From positions 416,001 to 480,000 of the forward strand of contig CAVXGR010000012.1 of NCBI GenBank assembly GCA_963761335.1: a stretch of 64,000 nt of DNA, written 5' to 3'. Position numbers and translations under genes: made by a program. Below are positions 11,236 to 20,860 of this stretch, piece by piece. A model generated the notes under the pieces. It was not told the DNA's origin. It ran no database searches and saw only the letters and a list, made by a program, of their open reading frames with translations. This DNA is from an uncultured delta proteobacterium. Its GTDB lineage: Bacteria > Desulfobacterota > Binatia > HRBIN30 > BPIQ01. The first letter of the stretch is position 1. Every line of letters begins with the position of its first letter.

Positions 11236-12182
11236 GCCGCTTCCCCCGCATCGACCTGAGCGCCGTCCGCACCTATCCGCTGGCCAGTCGTCCCAGCAAG
11301 GTGGCCGCAGCGGGTCTGGGATCTCCGCACCTCCGCGGCGCGGGGTTTGCCGCCTTTCTCGACTCGCTCCCGGCCATTCTCGCCGCCGGCGACCTGCGTC
11401 AGATCGCTACGGCCGTGGCCGAGCGCCACCGCGCCGGCAAGACAGTGGTTCTCGGCATGGGGGCCCATCCGATCAAGGTCGGCCTCTCGCCGCTGATCAT
11501 CGACCTGCTCGAGCGCGGCATCCTGCAGGCAGTCGCCGTGAACGGCGCCGCCATCATTCACGATTTCGAGCTCGCCTTTCACGGCGCGACCTCGGAAGAC
11601 GTCGCCAGCCACCTGCGCGACGGCCGCTTCGGGATGGCTGCGGAGACCGGCGAGTTCCTCAATCACGCCATCGACCGCGGCGCCGCCGACGGCCTCGGCC
11701 TGGGCGAAGCGGTTGGCCGCGAGATCAACCGCGCCGGCCTGCCGAACCGGCAGCTGAGCGTTCTCGCCGCCGCCGATCGCCTACAGCGGCCGGTGACGGT
11801 TCACGTCGCCATCGGCACCGACATCATCCACATGCATCCCTCGGCCGACGGCGCCGCCATCGGCGCCACCAGTCTGGCCGACTTCCGCATCCTGGCGGCG
11901 GTCGCCGCCCGCATGCACGGCGGCGTCTTCATCAATCTCGGATCGGCGGTAATCATCCCCGAGACCTTCCTCAAGGCCCTCAACCTGGCCCGCAACGTCG
12001 GCAACACCGTCGACGACCTGATCACCGTGGACATGGACTTCATCCGCCAGTACCGCCCACGCGTGAACGTCGTCCAGCGGCCCACCATGGGGAGCGGTCG
12101 CGGCTACGAGCTCACCGGCCACCACGAGATCATGTTCCCGCTTCTCTGCGCGGCAATCAGCGAAGCTCTGGCAACCGACTGA
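11232..12182 (+). CDS. conserved protein with deoxyhypusine-synthase-like fold, function unknown
   Basis: ATGA-coupled to gmhA; GMGAHPIKVG, NGAAIIHD, IGTDIIH, GSAVIIPE, GHHEIM motifs resemble the DHS-like NAD-binding fold. Confidence 0.65.
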   Translation: MSRFPRIDLSAVRTYPLASRPSKVAAAGLGSPHLRGAGFAAFLDSLPAILAAGDLRQIATAVAERHRAGKTVVLGMGAHPIKVGLSPLIIDLLERGILQAVAVNGAAIIHDFELAFHGATSEDVASHLRDGRFGMAAETGEFLNHAIDRGAADGLGLGEAVGREINRAGLPNRQLSVLAAADRLQRPVTVHVAIGTDIIHMHPSADGAAIGATSLADFRILAAVAARMHGGVFINLGSAVIIPETFLKALNLARNVGNTVDDLITVDMDFIRQYRPRVNVVQRPTMGSGRGYELTGHHEIMFPLLCAAISEALATD

Positions 12183-12191
12183 TCGAGAGCC

Positions 12192-13184
12192 TCACTGCCG
12201 GCTGATCGAGCCGCTCGCCGCCGACGACACCGCCGCCATGTCGGCATCGACCATCACCGCCACCAGCTCCCGGAAGGAGACACGAGGCTCCCAGCCGAGA
12301 GTCTGCCGTGCCTTGCGGGGGTCGCCGATCAGATGATCCACCTCCGCCGGACGCACGAGCGATGGGTCCTGGCGGACATACTCCTGCCACGGCAGGCCAA
12401 CACGCGCGAAGGCGAGCTCGACGAACTCGCGCACCGAGTGCGACTCGCCGCTGGCCACCACGTAGTCGTCCGGCTGCGGCTGTTGCAGCATCAGCCACAT
12501 GGCGCGCACGTAGTCGCCGGCGAATCCCCAGTCGCGGTGCGCTTCCAGGTTGCCGAGGCGCAGCTCCTTCGCCAGCCCCAGCTTGATGCAGGCCACCGCG
12601 TGCGAAATCTTGCGGGTGACGAACTCCTTGCCGCGGCGCGGCGACTCGTGATTGAAGAGAATTCCCGAGCAGGCGAAAATGCCGTAGCTCTCGCGATAGT
12701 TGACGGTGATGAAGTGCCCGTACACCTTGGCCACGCCGTACGGGCTGCGCGGGTGGAAGGGGGTCGCTTCCGTCTGCGGCACCTCACGGACCTTGCCGAA
12801 CATCTCGCTCGACGACGCCTGATAGAACCGGATCGACCGGTCGACGAGGCGGATGGCCTCGAGCATGCGGCTGACGCCGATGGCGTCGAACTCGGCGGTG
12901 AGAACCGGCTGCTCCCACGAGGTGGGCACGAAGGACTGCGCCGCCAGGTTGTAGATCTCCTGCGGCCGCACCTTCTGCACGGCGCTGATCAGCGACAGCT
13001 GGTCGAGGAGATCCGCCTGGATGAGCTCGATGTCGCCGCGCAGGTGCTCGATGCGGGCGAAGTTCTCGGTGCTGGAGCGCCGCACGACGCCGTAGACGTC
13101 GTACCCTTCGCCGAGCAACAGCTCCGCCAGGTAGGAGCCGTCCTGCCCGGTGACCCCGGTGATCAGGACACGGCGCTTCTGCAT
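12192..13184 (-). CDS. gmd: GDP-mannose 4,6-dehydratase
   Basis: [35 protein letters not shown]. Confidence 0.95.
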   Translation of the reverse strand: MQKRRVLITGVTGQDGSYLAELLLGEGYDVYGVVRRSSTENFARIEHLRGDIELIQADLLDQLSLISAVQKVRPQEIYNLAAQSFVPTSWEQPVLTAEFDAIGVSRMLEAIRLVDRSIRFYQASSSEMFGKVREVPQTEATPFHPRSPYGVAKVYGHFITVNYRESYGIFACSGILFNHESPRRGKEFVTRKISHAVACIKLGLAKELRLGNLEAHRDWGFAGDYVRAMWLMLQQPQPDDYVVASGESHSVREFVELAFARVGLPWQEYVRQDPSLVRPAEVDHLIGDPRKARQTLGWEPRVSFRELVAVMVDADMAAVSSAASGSISRQ

Positions 13185-13328
13185 GCGCCTCTATACCATC
13201 CGTACGGAGCCGGGCTCAACGCCGGGGACCGCGCCTAGGGACCGCGCCGGAATGCACAATCCGTGCTCCGGGCGCGTGCCGGCCCGGGCTTTTCATGCAC
13301 CCCTGAGCCGCGGTACTCGTGAAGGATC

Positions 13329-14210
13329 ATGGCCGACGTCGAATACCGTGTCGGAACCGCCTCCTGGGCGGATCGGAGCCTCCTGGCCACCGACTTCTAT
13401 CCCCGCGAATGCTCGACCGCCGAGGCGCGCCTGCGCTTTTATGCCGCTCATTTCGACACCGTCGAGGTGGACTCGACGTACTACGCCCTGCCGAGTGAAC
13501 GGAATGCCACCCTCTGGGCGGAGCGCACGCCATCGGGCTTCACCTTCCACGTCAAGGCGTTCGCCTGGCTGACCCTCCACGACGCCGAGAGCCGGGCATT
13601 GCCTCTGTCGATCCGCGACGCCATCGGCCGGATGCCGTCTCGCCCGCGCATTCCGGCGCCCTCCGAAGAGCTGCGCGAGCTGGCATTCGATATGTTCCTC
13701 ACCGCCCTCCAGCCGCTGCGCGAGGCGGGAAAGCTCGGCTGCCTGCTGTTTCAGTATCCGCGCTGGTTCACGGCCACCGACGAGCACCGCGCCGAGATCG
13801 CTCGCTGCCGGCAGCGCTGTGCTGGCAACCGTGTCGCCGTCGAGCTGCGGCACCGGAGCTGGTTCGGGCCGCTGACCGAGGACACCCTCGATCTCCTCCG
13901 CCGCCACGACCTGGTCTTCGTCTCGGTCGATGCACCCGCGGGCCCGGGAATTCCGCCCTCCATCTACGCCGCCAGCGGCGATCTCGCCTACGTCCGCTTC
14001 CACGGGCGCAACCGCAAGGCGTGGTTCCAGCGGGGCAGCACTGCGGCGACTCGCTACCAGTATCTCTACTCAACTGCGGAGCTACGCGACGCGGCGGCTT
14101 CGCTCCGCCGCATGCCGGGAGCACGATCGGTGACTGCCATCTTCAACAACTGCTATGGCGACTACGGGGTGCGCAACGCCGCGAGCATGAAGCAGCTGCT
14201 CGGGGGCTGA
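13329..14210 (+). CDS. DUF72 family protein
   Basis: GTASW, VEVDSTYY, LLFQYP, VELRH, YVRFHGRN, YLYS, FNN. Confidence 0.9.
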   Translation: MADVEYRVGTASWADRSLLATDFYPRECSTAEARLRFYAAHFDTVEVDSTYYALPSERNATLWAERTPSGFTFHVKAFAWLTLHDAESRALPLSIRDAIGRMPSRPRIPAPSEELRELAFDMFLTALQPLREAGKLGCLLFQYPRWFTATDEHRAEIARCRQRCAGNRVAVELRHRSWFGPLTEDTLDLLRRHDLVFVSVDAPAGPGIPPSIYAASGDLAYVRFHGRNRKAWFQRGSTAATRYQYLYSTAELRDAAASLRRMPGARSVTAIFNNCYGDYGVRNAASMKQLLGG

Positions 14211-14214
14211 AAGA

Positions 14215-14244
14215 AGAAAGGGGCGCCCCGAGGCGCCCCTTTCT
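14215..14244. terminator. bidirectional intrinsic terminator between convergent genes
   Basis: AGAAAGGGGCGCC-CCGA-GGCGCCCCTTTCT. Confidence 0.75.
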
Positions 14245-14272
14245 CTCCTGTTCTGTTCCAGCTGCGAAGCGC

Positions 14273-15397
14273 TTATTGCACCACGGTGATGACGTCGGGC
14301 TCGGCTCGCTCCCCCTGAATGTCGAGATTGAAGGCAGCAGTTGTCGCCGACGAGCCCCCCCGGTGAATTTCGAGCGCCACCCCGAGCAGGCCACCGTTGA
14401 CACCGCGGATGCGCGTCTGTCCGGTCAGTGTGCCGGACACGCCGGTGCTGAAGATGGAGCGGGTCGAATTGGTGGTGTCGATCGATGAAAGCTCGGATTC
14501 AGACCAGCAGTCCACCGGCGCGCTGGTGGAAAGGCGCTGCTCGAACTCGTTGTAGACGAGGTACTGGGCCGTGATCCGCTCGGGCGCCTGGGTGAGAAAG
14601 TTCTCCGTGCATGGGGCCAGAATCAACGCGGTTGTGATCGTGCGACCCGAAACGGGGTTGATCGCTCCATCAAAGAAGTGGTCGAGAATGAGGACGTTGG
14701 GACAGCCGTCATACTCCGCATTGTCGCCTCCCAGCACGAGGTGTTTGTCGCCGTCATTCGTTCCGGGGATGGCGCGAAAGCCGATGGCATTGTACTCGGA
14801 GACATCGAGCCCGGTCAGCTCCTCGTTCACGAAAGTCGCCTCTCCCTTGAGGACGTTGCTCTCGGCCGGCGTTCCGTCGTCATTGATGGTGTAGCATTTT
14901 AGCTCGCCATTGGCGAAATCCTCCGAGCCCCGGACCACGTTTCCGAAAGGCGGAACGCGCGTCCCGGCGTTGCTGCTCACCCCGTCGCTGCCGCGGCGAA
15001 ATACTCCGTCGATCGGCAGATCACTGCCACTGAGCCCCTGGGAGGCCAGCCAGCCGAGCGGCTGGCGAGGCGTGAGGAGGATGCGGAAGTCGGTCTCCGA
15101 CCATTTGGGGATACAGACGTTCCCCGGAGGGCCGCTGAGGCACTGCGAGCTTTCCAAACAGGAGCGTCCGGTGATCGAGCAGTGGGCCGTGGCATCCACG
15201 TAATAGCACTTCGCCACAACCGGCTGATCCGAGGTATTGCTGATCTGGATGATCGTATCCACAACACCGTCGATCACTGATATCGCCGGGACGACGATCA
15301 ACGCTGCGGCCTGGTCTGACGCTATCGTCTCGGCATGTGCCGCTCCGGCGACCAGCAGAGCACAGAGCAGCGGACCTCCCCACCGACGCATTCTCAT
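14273..15397 (-). CDS. secreted Cys-rich protein of unknown function, paralogue B
   Basis: GGAGGAGG SD; signal peptide ending AHA; many motif blocks shared with 15427..16611. Confidence 0.85.
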   Translation of the reverse strand: MRMRRWGGPLLCALLVAGAAHAETIASDQAAALIVVPAISVIDGVVDTIIQISNTSDQPVVAKCYYVDATAHCSITGRSCLESSQCLSGPPGNVCIPKWSETDFRILLTPRQPLGWLASQGLSGSDLPIDGVFRRGSDGVSSNAGTRVPPFGNVVRGSEDFANGELKCYTINDDGTPAESNVLKGEATFVNEELTGLDVSEYNAIGFRAIPGTNDGDKHLVLGGDNAEYDGCPNVLILDHFFDGAINPVSGRTITTALILAPCTENFLTQAPERITAQYLVYNEFEQRLSTSAPVDCWSESELSSIDTTNSTRSIFSTGVSGTLTGQTRIRGVNGGLLGVALEIHRGGSSATTAAFNLDIQGERAEPDVITVVQ

Positions 15398-15426
15398 AAA
15401 CCCCTCCTCCTCGCTGGCCCGATGCT

Positions 15427-16611
15427 TCACGGTGCGATCTGCTCCCCCGGGATGGTGATGACGTCGGGAGTGGTGCGCTCCCCTTCGATGTGCAGGTTCA
15501 CCGCCGCCGACGCCGTCTGTCCAGCCTCATCGGTGTGGAACTCCTCGGCCACCATCATCACGCCGTACGGCGTGTTCGGCACCGAGCGGAAGCGCGTCTG
15601 CAGGAACATCGTCCCCAGCGGAAAGCTCGACGGCGACTGCCCCGCCAGCTGCCCCAGGAAGGTCAGCGGCGTCGATCCCAGGCTCCCCAGGTCCACGTTC
15701 GCCCAGCACTTCACCGCAAAGGAGAACGAGAACACGTTCTCGAACTCGTTGTAGGTCAGCATCTGCAGCCGCACCTCGGTCGGAACCTGGGTCTCGTAGT
15801 TCTGCGTGCACGGCACCACCGTCAGCTCCGTCTCCACGTGCGACGGTCCGCCGCCCAGATTCTCGATCGCCGGATCCGGCGCTCCCGACGCCAGGTGGTT
15901 CAAGATCCACGTCTGCGGGCAGCCGTTGTACTCCGGTGCGCACGGGGCCGCGTCGCCGCAGTCGTCGTCCGAGCTGCACACCGCTCCCTGCGCCCCACCG
16001 TCGCCCACGCACTGGCCGCCGCCGAGCACCAGCAGACCGTCGCCGTTGTTCTCGCTGCCCAGCACGGCGATGGCGTTGTACTTCGACACGTCCCCGTTGT
16101 CCCGGGTCACCAGCGTCGCCTCACCCTTCAGGTGATTGCCCGCCAGCGGCGCGCCGCTGTCGTCCACCTCGACGCACTTCAGCTCCCCCATGAAGTCCGG
16201 CACCACCGGCGGGATCAGCCCTGGGTCGAAGCCGGCGTCGTTGCAGTTCGTCACCCCCGACGAGTCGCACACCGCGTCGAACGGGTTCACCCGCCGCCCG
16301 GTACTCACCACCCAGTGGGTCGGCTGCTGCCGGGTGAGCGTGATGTTGAAGTCCACCTCGATCCACAGCGGATCGAAGGGGGGCACGTCGGATGGCGCGG
16401 CGTTCACGTAGAAACAGTGGGCCCGCACCAGCGAGTTCGACGTGTTCGTGATCTGGATGATGGTGTCGCGCGAGGCGTTGGCGATGATCTTCGGAAAGAC
16501 CAGAATCGAACCGCTCCGCTCCGTGCTCACGTCGGCCGTCGCCACCCCGGCTAGCGCCAGGCTCGCCACGACAATCACCAGTAGCCCAACTCGCCCATGC
16601 TGCCTCTGCAT
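15427..16611 (-). CDS. secreted Cys-rich protein of unknown function, paralogue A
   Basis: AAGGAG SD; signal peptide ending ATA; shared motifs GELKC, LKGEAT, YNEFE, GER..PDVIT. Confidence 0.85.
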   Translation of the reverse strand: MQRQHGRVGLLVIVVASLALAGVATADVSTERSGSILVFPKIIANASRDTIIQITNTSNSLVRAHCFYVNAAPSDVPPFDPLWIEVDFNITLTRQQPTHWVVSTGRRVNPFDAVCDSSGVTNCNDAGFDPGLIPPVVPDFMGELKCVEVDDSGAPLAGNHLKGEATLVTRDNGDVSKYNAIAVLGSENNGDGLLVLGGGQCVGDGGAQGAVCSSDDDCGDAAPCAPEYNGCPQTWILNHLASGAPDPAIENLGGGPSHVETELTVVPCTQNYETQVPTEVRLQMLTYNEFENVFSFSFAVKCWANVDLGSLGSTPLTFLGQLAGQSPSSFPLGTMFLQTRFRSVPNTPYGVMMVAEEFHTDEAGQTASAAVNLHIEGERTTPDVITIPGEQIAP

Positions 16612-16720
16612 TGGCCTCTCCTTTTCCCGTCGACCGATTCCGACAAAATGCACGATCCATCCACCTGGCGGGGACATCGCGCACGATGCCGCCGGCCCAC
16701 GCCTCAACGAAGCGGCCCGG

Positions 16721-16748
16721 AGTCTACCGACATGGCGCGTTTTGTCAA
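16721..16748 (-). promoter_or_regulatory. putative sigma70 promoter for the secreted-protein pair
   Basis: TTGACA-16-TAGACT next to an AT-rich patch. Confidence 0.55.
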
Positions 16749-16879
16749 GAAAAACCTCTTCTTTTTACCGGTCGGCGGCGAACGGGCGCGGCCACAGCTC
16801 CGTCGATAGCGGCGATTCCTTGACACGGAATGGGAGGAGATTGCCTCAGACAGCCGTTTGTGCGAGACCGGGCCGATCG

Positions 16880-17242
16880 ATGCGGCAAATGCGTTTCTTC
16901 CCGGGGTTGGTGGGGTTTCTTTGCGGGGTGCTCGTGGGAGCCTTTCTCGGAGCCTATCTGGTCACATCCTGGCCATCGCCTCCGACGGATCGGCCGGCGG
17001 CACTCTCGCCCGAGGCTGATCAGCTACGCCAGCGGCTCGAGGCGTCGGAGCGGCAGAAAGAGGATCTCAACCGGCAGATGGGGCAGTTTCGCGAGATTGC
17101 CGAGCGGATGACTGCAAGCTTCAACGACCTGGAGCGCCGTTTCAACGCCCTGGCGGCGCAGCTCCGCCAGGACCAGGGATCAGCCGGATCGGCCATCACC
17201 CCGGCCGCAGGGCTCGCCGCCACACCACCCGCCGGCCGCTGA
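16880..17242 (+). CDS. small single-TM coiled-coil protein
   Basis: Hydrophobic FFPGLVGFLCGVLVGAFLGAYLV followed by heptad-rich helix; start 16880 or 16889. Confidence 0.65.
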   Translation: MRQMRFFPGLVGFLCGVLVGAFLGAYLVTSWPSPPTDRPAALSPEADQLRQRLEASERQKEDLNRQMGQFREIAERMTASFNDLERRFNALAAQLRQDQGSAGSAITPAAGLAATPPAGR

Positions 17243-17264
17243 GCAGGCCGTTTCAAAAGCAAGC

Positions 17265-17314
17265 GTAGGAGCGCCGTCCCGGCGCTTTCCGAAGCGGCGA
17301 GACGCGGCTTCTAC
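17265..17314. repeat. GTAG-type REP-like inverted doublet
   Basis: GTAGGAGCGCCGTCCCGGCGCT and, on the opposite strand, GTAGAAGCCGCGTCTCGCCGCT, 6 bp apart. Confidence 0.55.
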
Positions 17315-17373
17315 TTTGGCCCGCGGGCCGGTGCGGGAGCCTGCCGATCTGGGCCGACCGGAGCCCGCGCCGC

Positions 17374-18735
17374 TCAGATCTCCTGTGCCTCGCCGAAGAC
17401 GACCTCGTCCTCGGCGCGGTCCTCGAAGCGCGTGTACTCCGACATGAACGTCAGCTCGACGGTGCCGATCGGCCCGTTGCGCTGCTTGCCGATGATCACC
17501 TCGGCGGCGCGTTCCTCGGCGTTCTTGTCGTAGACGAACCCTCGATAGAGAAACATGATGACGTCGGCGTCCTGCTCGATGGCGCCGGACTCGCGCAGGT
17601 CAGCCATCACCGGGCGCTTGTCGGCGCGCTGCTCGACCTGCCGGTTGAGCTGCGAGAGGGCGATCACCGGCACGCTCAGCTCCTTGGCCAGGGCCTTGAG
17701 CGAGCGCGAGATTCCGGCGATCTCCTGCTCGCGGTTGTCGGCGCCCGCGCCGCCGCGCATCAGCTGCAGGTAGTCGATGACGATCAAGCCGAGCTTGGAG
17801 TCGCGCTCGCGTTTCAGCCGCCGCGCCTTGGCGCGGAGCTCGAGAACGCTCAGTGCCGGCGTGTCGTCGATGTAGATCGGCGCCTCGGCCAGGCGACTGG
17901 CGGCGAGCGCCAGCTTGGGGAAGTCGCGCTCGGCGGCAAAGCCGGCGCGCACCTTGGACTGATCGGTGCGCGCTTCCGAGCAGAGCAGGCGGAGCACCAG
18001 CTGCTCCTTCGACATCTCCAGCGAGAAGACGGCCACGCCGACGTTGGCGTGGAGAGCGGCGTACTCCGCCAGGTTCAGGGCAAACGCCGTCTTCCCCATG
18101 CTCGGCCGCCCGGCGACGATGACCAGGTCCCCCTTCTGGAGCCCCGCCGTCTTCTTGTCGAGGTCGGTGAACCCGGTGGGCACGCCGGTGACCAGCTCCT
18201 TGCGCTCGTAGAGCTGCTCGATCGCCTTCATCGACTCGACCATGATGTCGCGCAGGCGGAAGAACGTCGGGCGCACCTTGCGCTCGGAGATCGCGAAGAT
18301 CTTGTGCTCGGCTTCGTCGAGAAAGGTGTCGACGTCGACGCGCGTCTCGTAGCCGGCGGCGGCGATCTCGGTCGCCGTCTGCACCAGGGCGCGGAGAATC
18401 GCCTGCTCGCGCACGATGCGGGCGTAGTGCTCGACGTGGGCGGCGGTGGGCACGCGCTCGGCGAGCTCCCCGAGGAACGCCGAGCCGCCGATCTCCTGCA
18501 GCTCGCCGCGACGCCGGAGAGCATCCGCCAGGGTCACCAGATCCACCGGCTCGGAGCGCTCGCTGAGGTCGATGACGGCGCGCATCACCTTGCGATGCGA
18601 CTCGCGGTAGAAGTCGTCGGGTGAGACGAACTCCAGAGCCCGGTCGAGAGCGGCATTGTCGAGTAGGATGCCGCCGATCACCGCCTCTTCCGCCTCCAGG
18701 TTCTGCGGCGGAAGCCGTCGCAGAGGTTCTCCCAT
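17374..18735 (-). CDS. dnaB: replicative DNA helicase
   Basis: PPQNLEAE, GRPSMGKT, FSLEM, IDYLQL, LRESGAIEQDAD, KQRNGP. Confidence 0.97.
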   Translation of the reverse strand: MGEPLRRLPPQNLEAEEAVIGGILLDNAALDRALEFVSPDDFYRESHRKVMRAVIDLSERSEPVDLVTLADALRRRGELQEIGGSAFLGELAERVPTAAHVEHYARIVREQAILRALVQTATEIAAAGYETRVDVDTFLDEAEHKIFAISERKVRPTFFRLRDIMVESMKAIEQLYERKELVTGVPTGFTDLDKKTAGLQKGDLVIVAGRPSMGKTAFALNLAEYAALHANVGVAVFSLEMSKEQLVLRLLCSEARTDQSKVRAGFAAERDFPKLALAASRLAEAPIYIDDTPALSVLELRAKARRLKRERDSKLGLIVIDYLQLMRGGAGADNREQEIAGISRSLKALAKELSVPVIALSQLNRQVEQRADKRPVMADLRESGAIEQDADVIMFLYRGFVYDKNAEERAAEVIIGKQRNGPIGTVELTFMSEYTRFEDRAEDEVVFGEAQEI

Positions 18736-18811
18736 CGCTTCCCTCACCCCCGGCCCGCCTTCATAGCAGGAGTCGGCCTCGGGAAAAAGGTCGAAGTGAT
18801 CCTCCTGCGGC

Positions 18812-19582
18812 TCAGAGGCCGACGATGTTGTAGCCGGCGTCCGCGTACACCACGGTTCCGGTCACCGCGCTGGCCATGTCGCTGCAGAGATAGAGGGCCG
18901 AGCGGGCCACTTCATCGGCGCCGATGTTGCGCCGCAGCGGCGCCATCTCCGCCTGATGGTGCAGCATGTCGCGAAACCCAGCGATTCCCGCGGCCGACAG
19001 GGTGCGGATCGGACCGGCGGAGATGGCGTTGACGCGGATTCCTTCCGGGCCGAGATCGGCGGCCAGGTAGCGCACCGTCGCTTCCAGCGCCGCCTTGGCG
19101 ACGCCCATGACGTTGTAGTTCGGCAGCGCCCGCTGCGATCCGAGATAGGTGAGCGTGAGAATCGACCCGCGGCGTCCCGCCATCAGCGGCGCTGCGGCGC
19201 GGGCCAGGGCGAGCAGGGAGTAGGCGCTGACGTCGAGGGCGACGTGAAAGCCCTGGCGACTGGTATCGATGAAGCGGCCCTTGAGGTCTTCGCGAACGGC
19301 GAAGGCGATCGCGTGCACGAGGATGTCGAGGCCACCCCAGCGCTCGCGCAGGGCGACGAACGTCTTGTCGACGTCGGCGTCGCTGCTGACGTCGCACGGC
19401 AGCACCAGCTCGACCCCGAGCGACTCGGCGAGCGGACGCACGCGCTTCTCCAGCGGCGCGCCGGCGTAAGAGAGCGCGATCTCGGCGCCGGCGGCGTGCA
19501 TTGCCTGGGCGATGGCCCAGGCGATGCTGTGATCGTTGGCGACACCGAAGACGACCGCCTTCTTGCCCGCGAGCATTCCCAT
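18812..19582 (-). CDS. fabI: enoyl-ACP reductase
   Basis: GVANDHSIAW, YNVMGVAKAALE, ISAGPIRTL; start trimmed to ATG 19582. Confidence 0.95.
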   Translation of the reverse strand: MGMLAGKKAVVFGVANDHSIAWAIAQAMHAAGAEIALSYAGAPLEKRVRPLAESLGVELVLPCDVSSDADVDKTFVALRERWGGLDILVHAIAFAVREDLKGRFIDTSRQGFHVALDVSAYSLLALARAAAPLMAGRRGSILTLTYLGSQRALPNYNVMGVAKAALEATVRYLAADLGPEGIRVNAISAGPIRTLSAAGIAGFRDMLHHQAEMAPLRRNIGADEVARSALYLCSDMASAVTGTVVYADAGYNIVGL

Positions 19583-19608
19583 CGCGTCCCCGCCGACGAT
19601 GCCGGCCG

Positions 19609-20832
19609 TCAGCCGCGCACCTCGAGGATGGTGGCGGCGCCCTGCCCCATGCCACCGCAGATCGCCGCCAGGCCGAAGCCGCCGCCGCGGCGGCGGAGCT
19701 CCCGGGCGGTGGTGCCGACCAGGCGGGCACCCGAGGCGCCCACCGGATGGCCGATGGCGCAAGCGCCGCCGTTGACGTTGATGCGCTCGGCGTCCGCGGG
19801 ACGCATGTCGAGCTCGCGCATCAGCGCCAGAGGGGCGCAGGCGAACGCCTCATTGACCTCGATCACCTTCATGTCGCCCATCCCCAGCCCCGCGCGCTGC
19901 AGGGCGCGGCGGGTTGCCGGAATGGCCGAGTAGATGAGGTCGGTCGGGTGACAAGCGCCGGTGGCGATGGTGTGAATGCGCGCCAGCGGCTCGAGGCCGC
20001 GCTGCCGCGCCCGCTCCGCCGACATCACCAGGCAGGCGGCGGCGCCGTCCGCCTGCCCGGAAGCGGTGGCCGCAGTGATGCGGCCGTCGGGGCGATAGAC
20101 CGGGAGCAGGCTGGAGATCTTCTCCAGGCTGGTGTCGGCGCGCGGGCCCTGGTCGTCCTCGACGAGGCAGGCGGCGCCGTCGACGGCCTGGCCCTCGACC
20201 GGCACGATCTCCTCGCGCAGCCGCGCCCGAGCGGCAACGGCCCGCTGATGGCTCAGCAGCGCCCAGCGATCCATCTCCTCGCGGCCGATATCGAGCCGCT
20301 CGCAGAGGCGCTCCGCCCCCTGGCCGCCGTTCAGGTCGATCATGTTGACCATCTCGGCCATGCGCGGGTTGGGGTTCATCGCCGAGAGCAGCGTGCCCCC
20401 CTCCTTGATCACCTCCGCCATGTCCATGCCATCCTTGACCACGGGAATGCGAAAATGCGTCATGCTGTCGAGGCCGCCGCAGATGTAGGCGTCGCCGAGG
20501 CCGCAGTGGACGTTCATGGCGCCGATGTGCACCGCCATCATCGCCGTGGTGCAGGCGCGCTCGACGCTGAGGCCGGTGACCGCGGGCGGAAAGCCGGCGA
20601 GAAAAGGGATGGCCGTGCCCGGATGCGCCTGCTCGCCCATCATCTCGACAGCGCCGAGAATGACGCCGTCCACCTCGGCGGCGGAGACCCCGGTGCGGCG
20701 CAGGATCTCCTGGAGGACGACTACGGCGAGATCATCGGAGCGCAGGTTGCGGAAGGCGCCCCTGTGCGCATCGGCCTTGGCGAACGGGGTGCGCACATAT
20801 CCGACCAGCACGGCATCGCGGAGCTCTCGCAT
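19609..20832 (-). CDS. thiolase (acetyl-CoA C-acyltransferase)
   Basis: RTPF, catalytic Cys in ERAC, NEAF, GHPVGASG, CGGMGQG. Confidence 0.9.
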   Translation of the reverse strand: MRELRDAVLVGYVRTPFAKADAHRGAFRNLRSDDLAVVVLQEILRRTGVSAAEVDGVILGAVEMMGEQAHPGTAIPFLAGFPPAVTGLSVERACTTAMMAVHIGAMNVHCGLGDAYICGGLDSMTHFRIPVVKDGMDMAEVIKEGGTLLSAMNPNPRMAEMVNMIDLNGGQGAERLCERLDIGREEMDRWALLSHQRAVAARARLREEIVPVEGQAVDGAACLVEDDQGPRADTSLEKISSLLPVYRPDGRITAATASGQADGAAACLVMSAERARQRGLEPLARIHTIATGACHPTDLIYSAIPATRRALQRAGLGMGDMKVIEVNEAFACAPLALMRELDMRPADAERINVNGGACAIGHPVGASGARLVGTTARELRRRGGGFGLAAICGGMGQGAATILEVRG

Positions 20833-20860
20833 CGACGTGATTCCTCCGGGAAGGCGCGGA

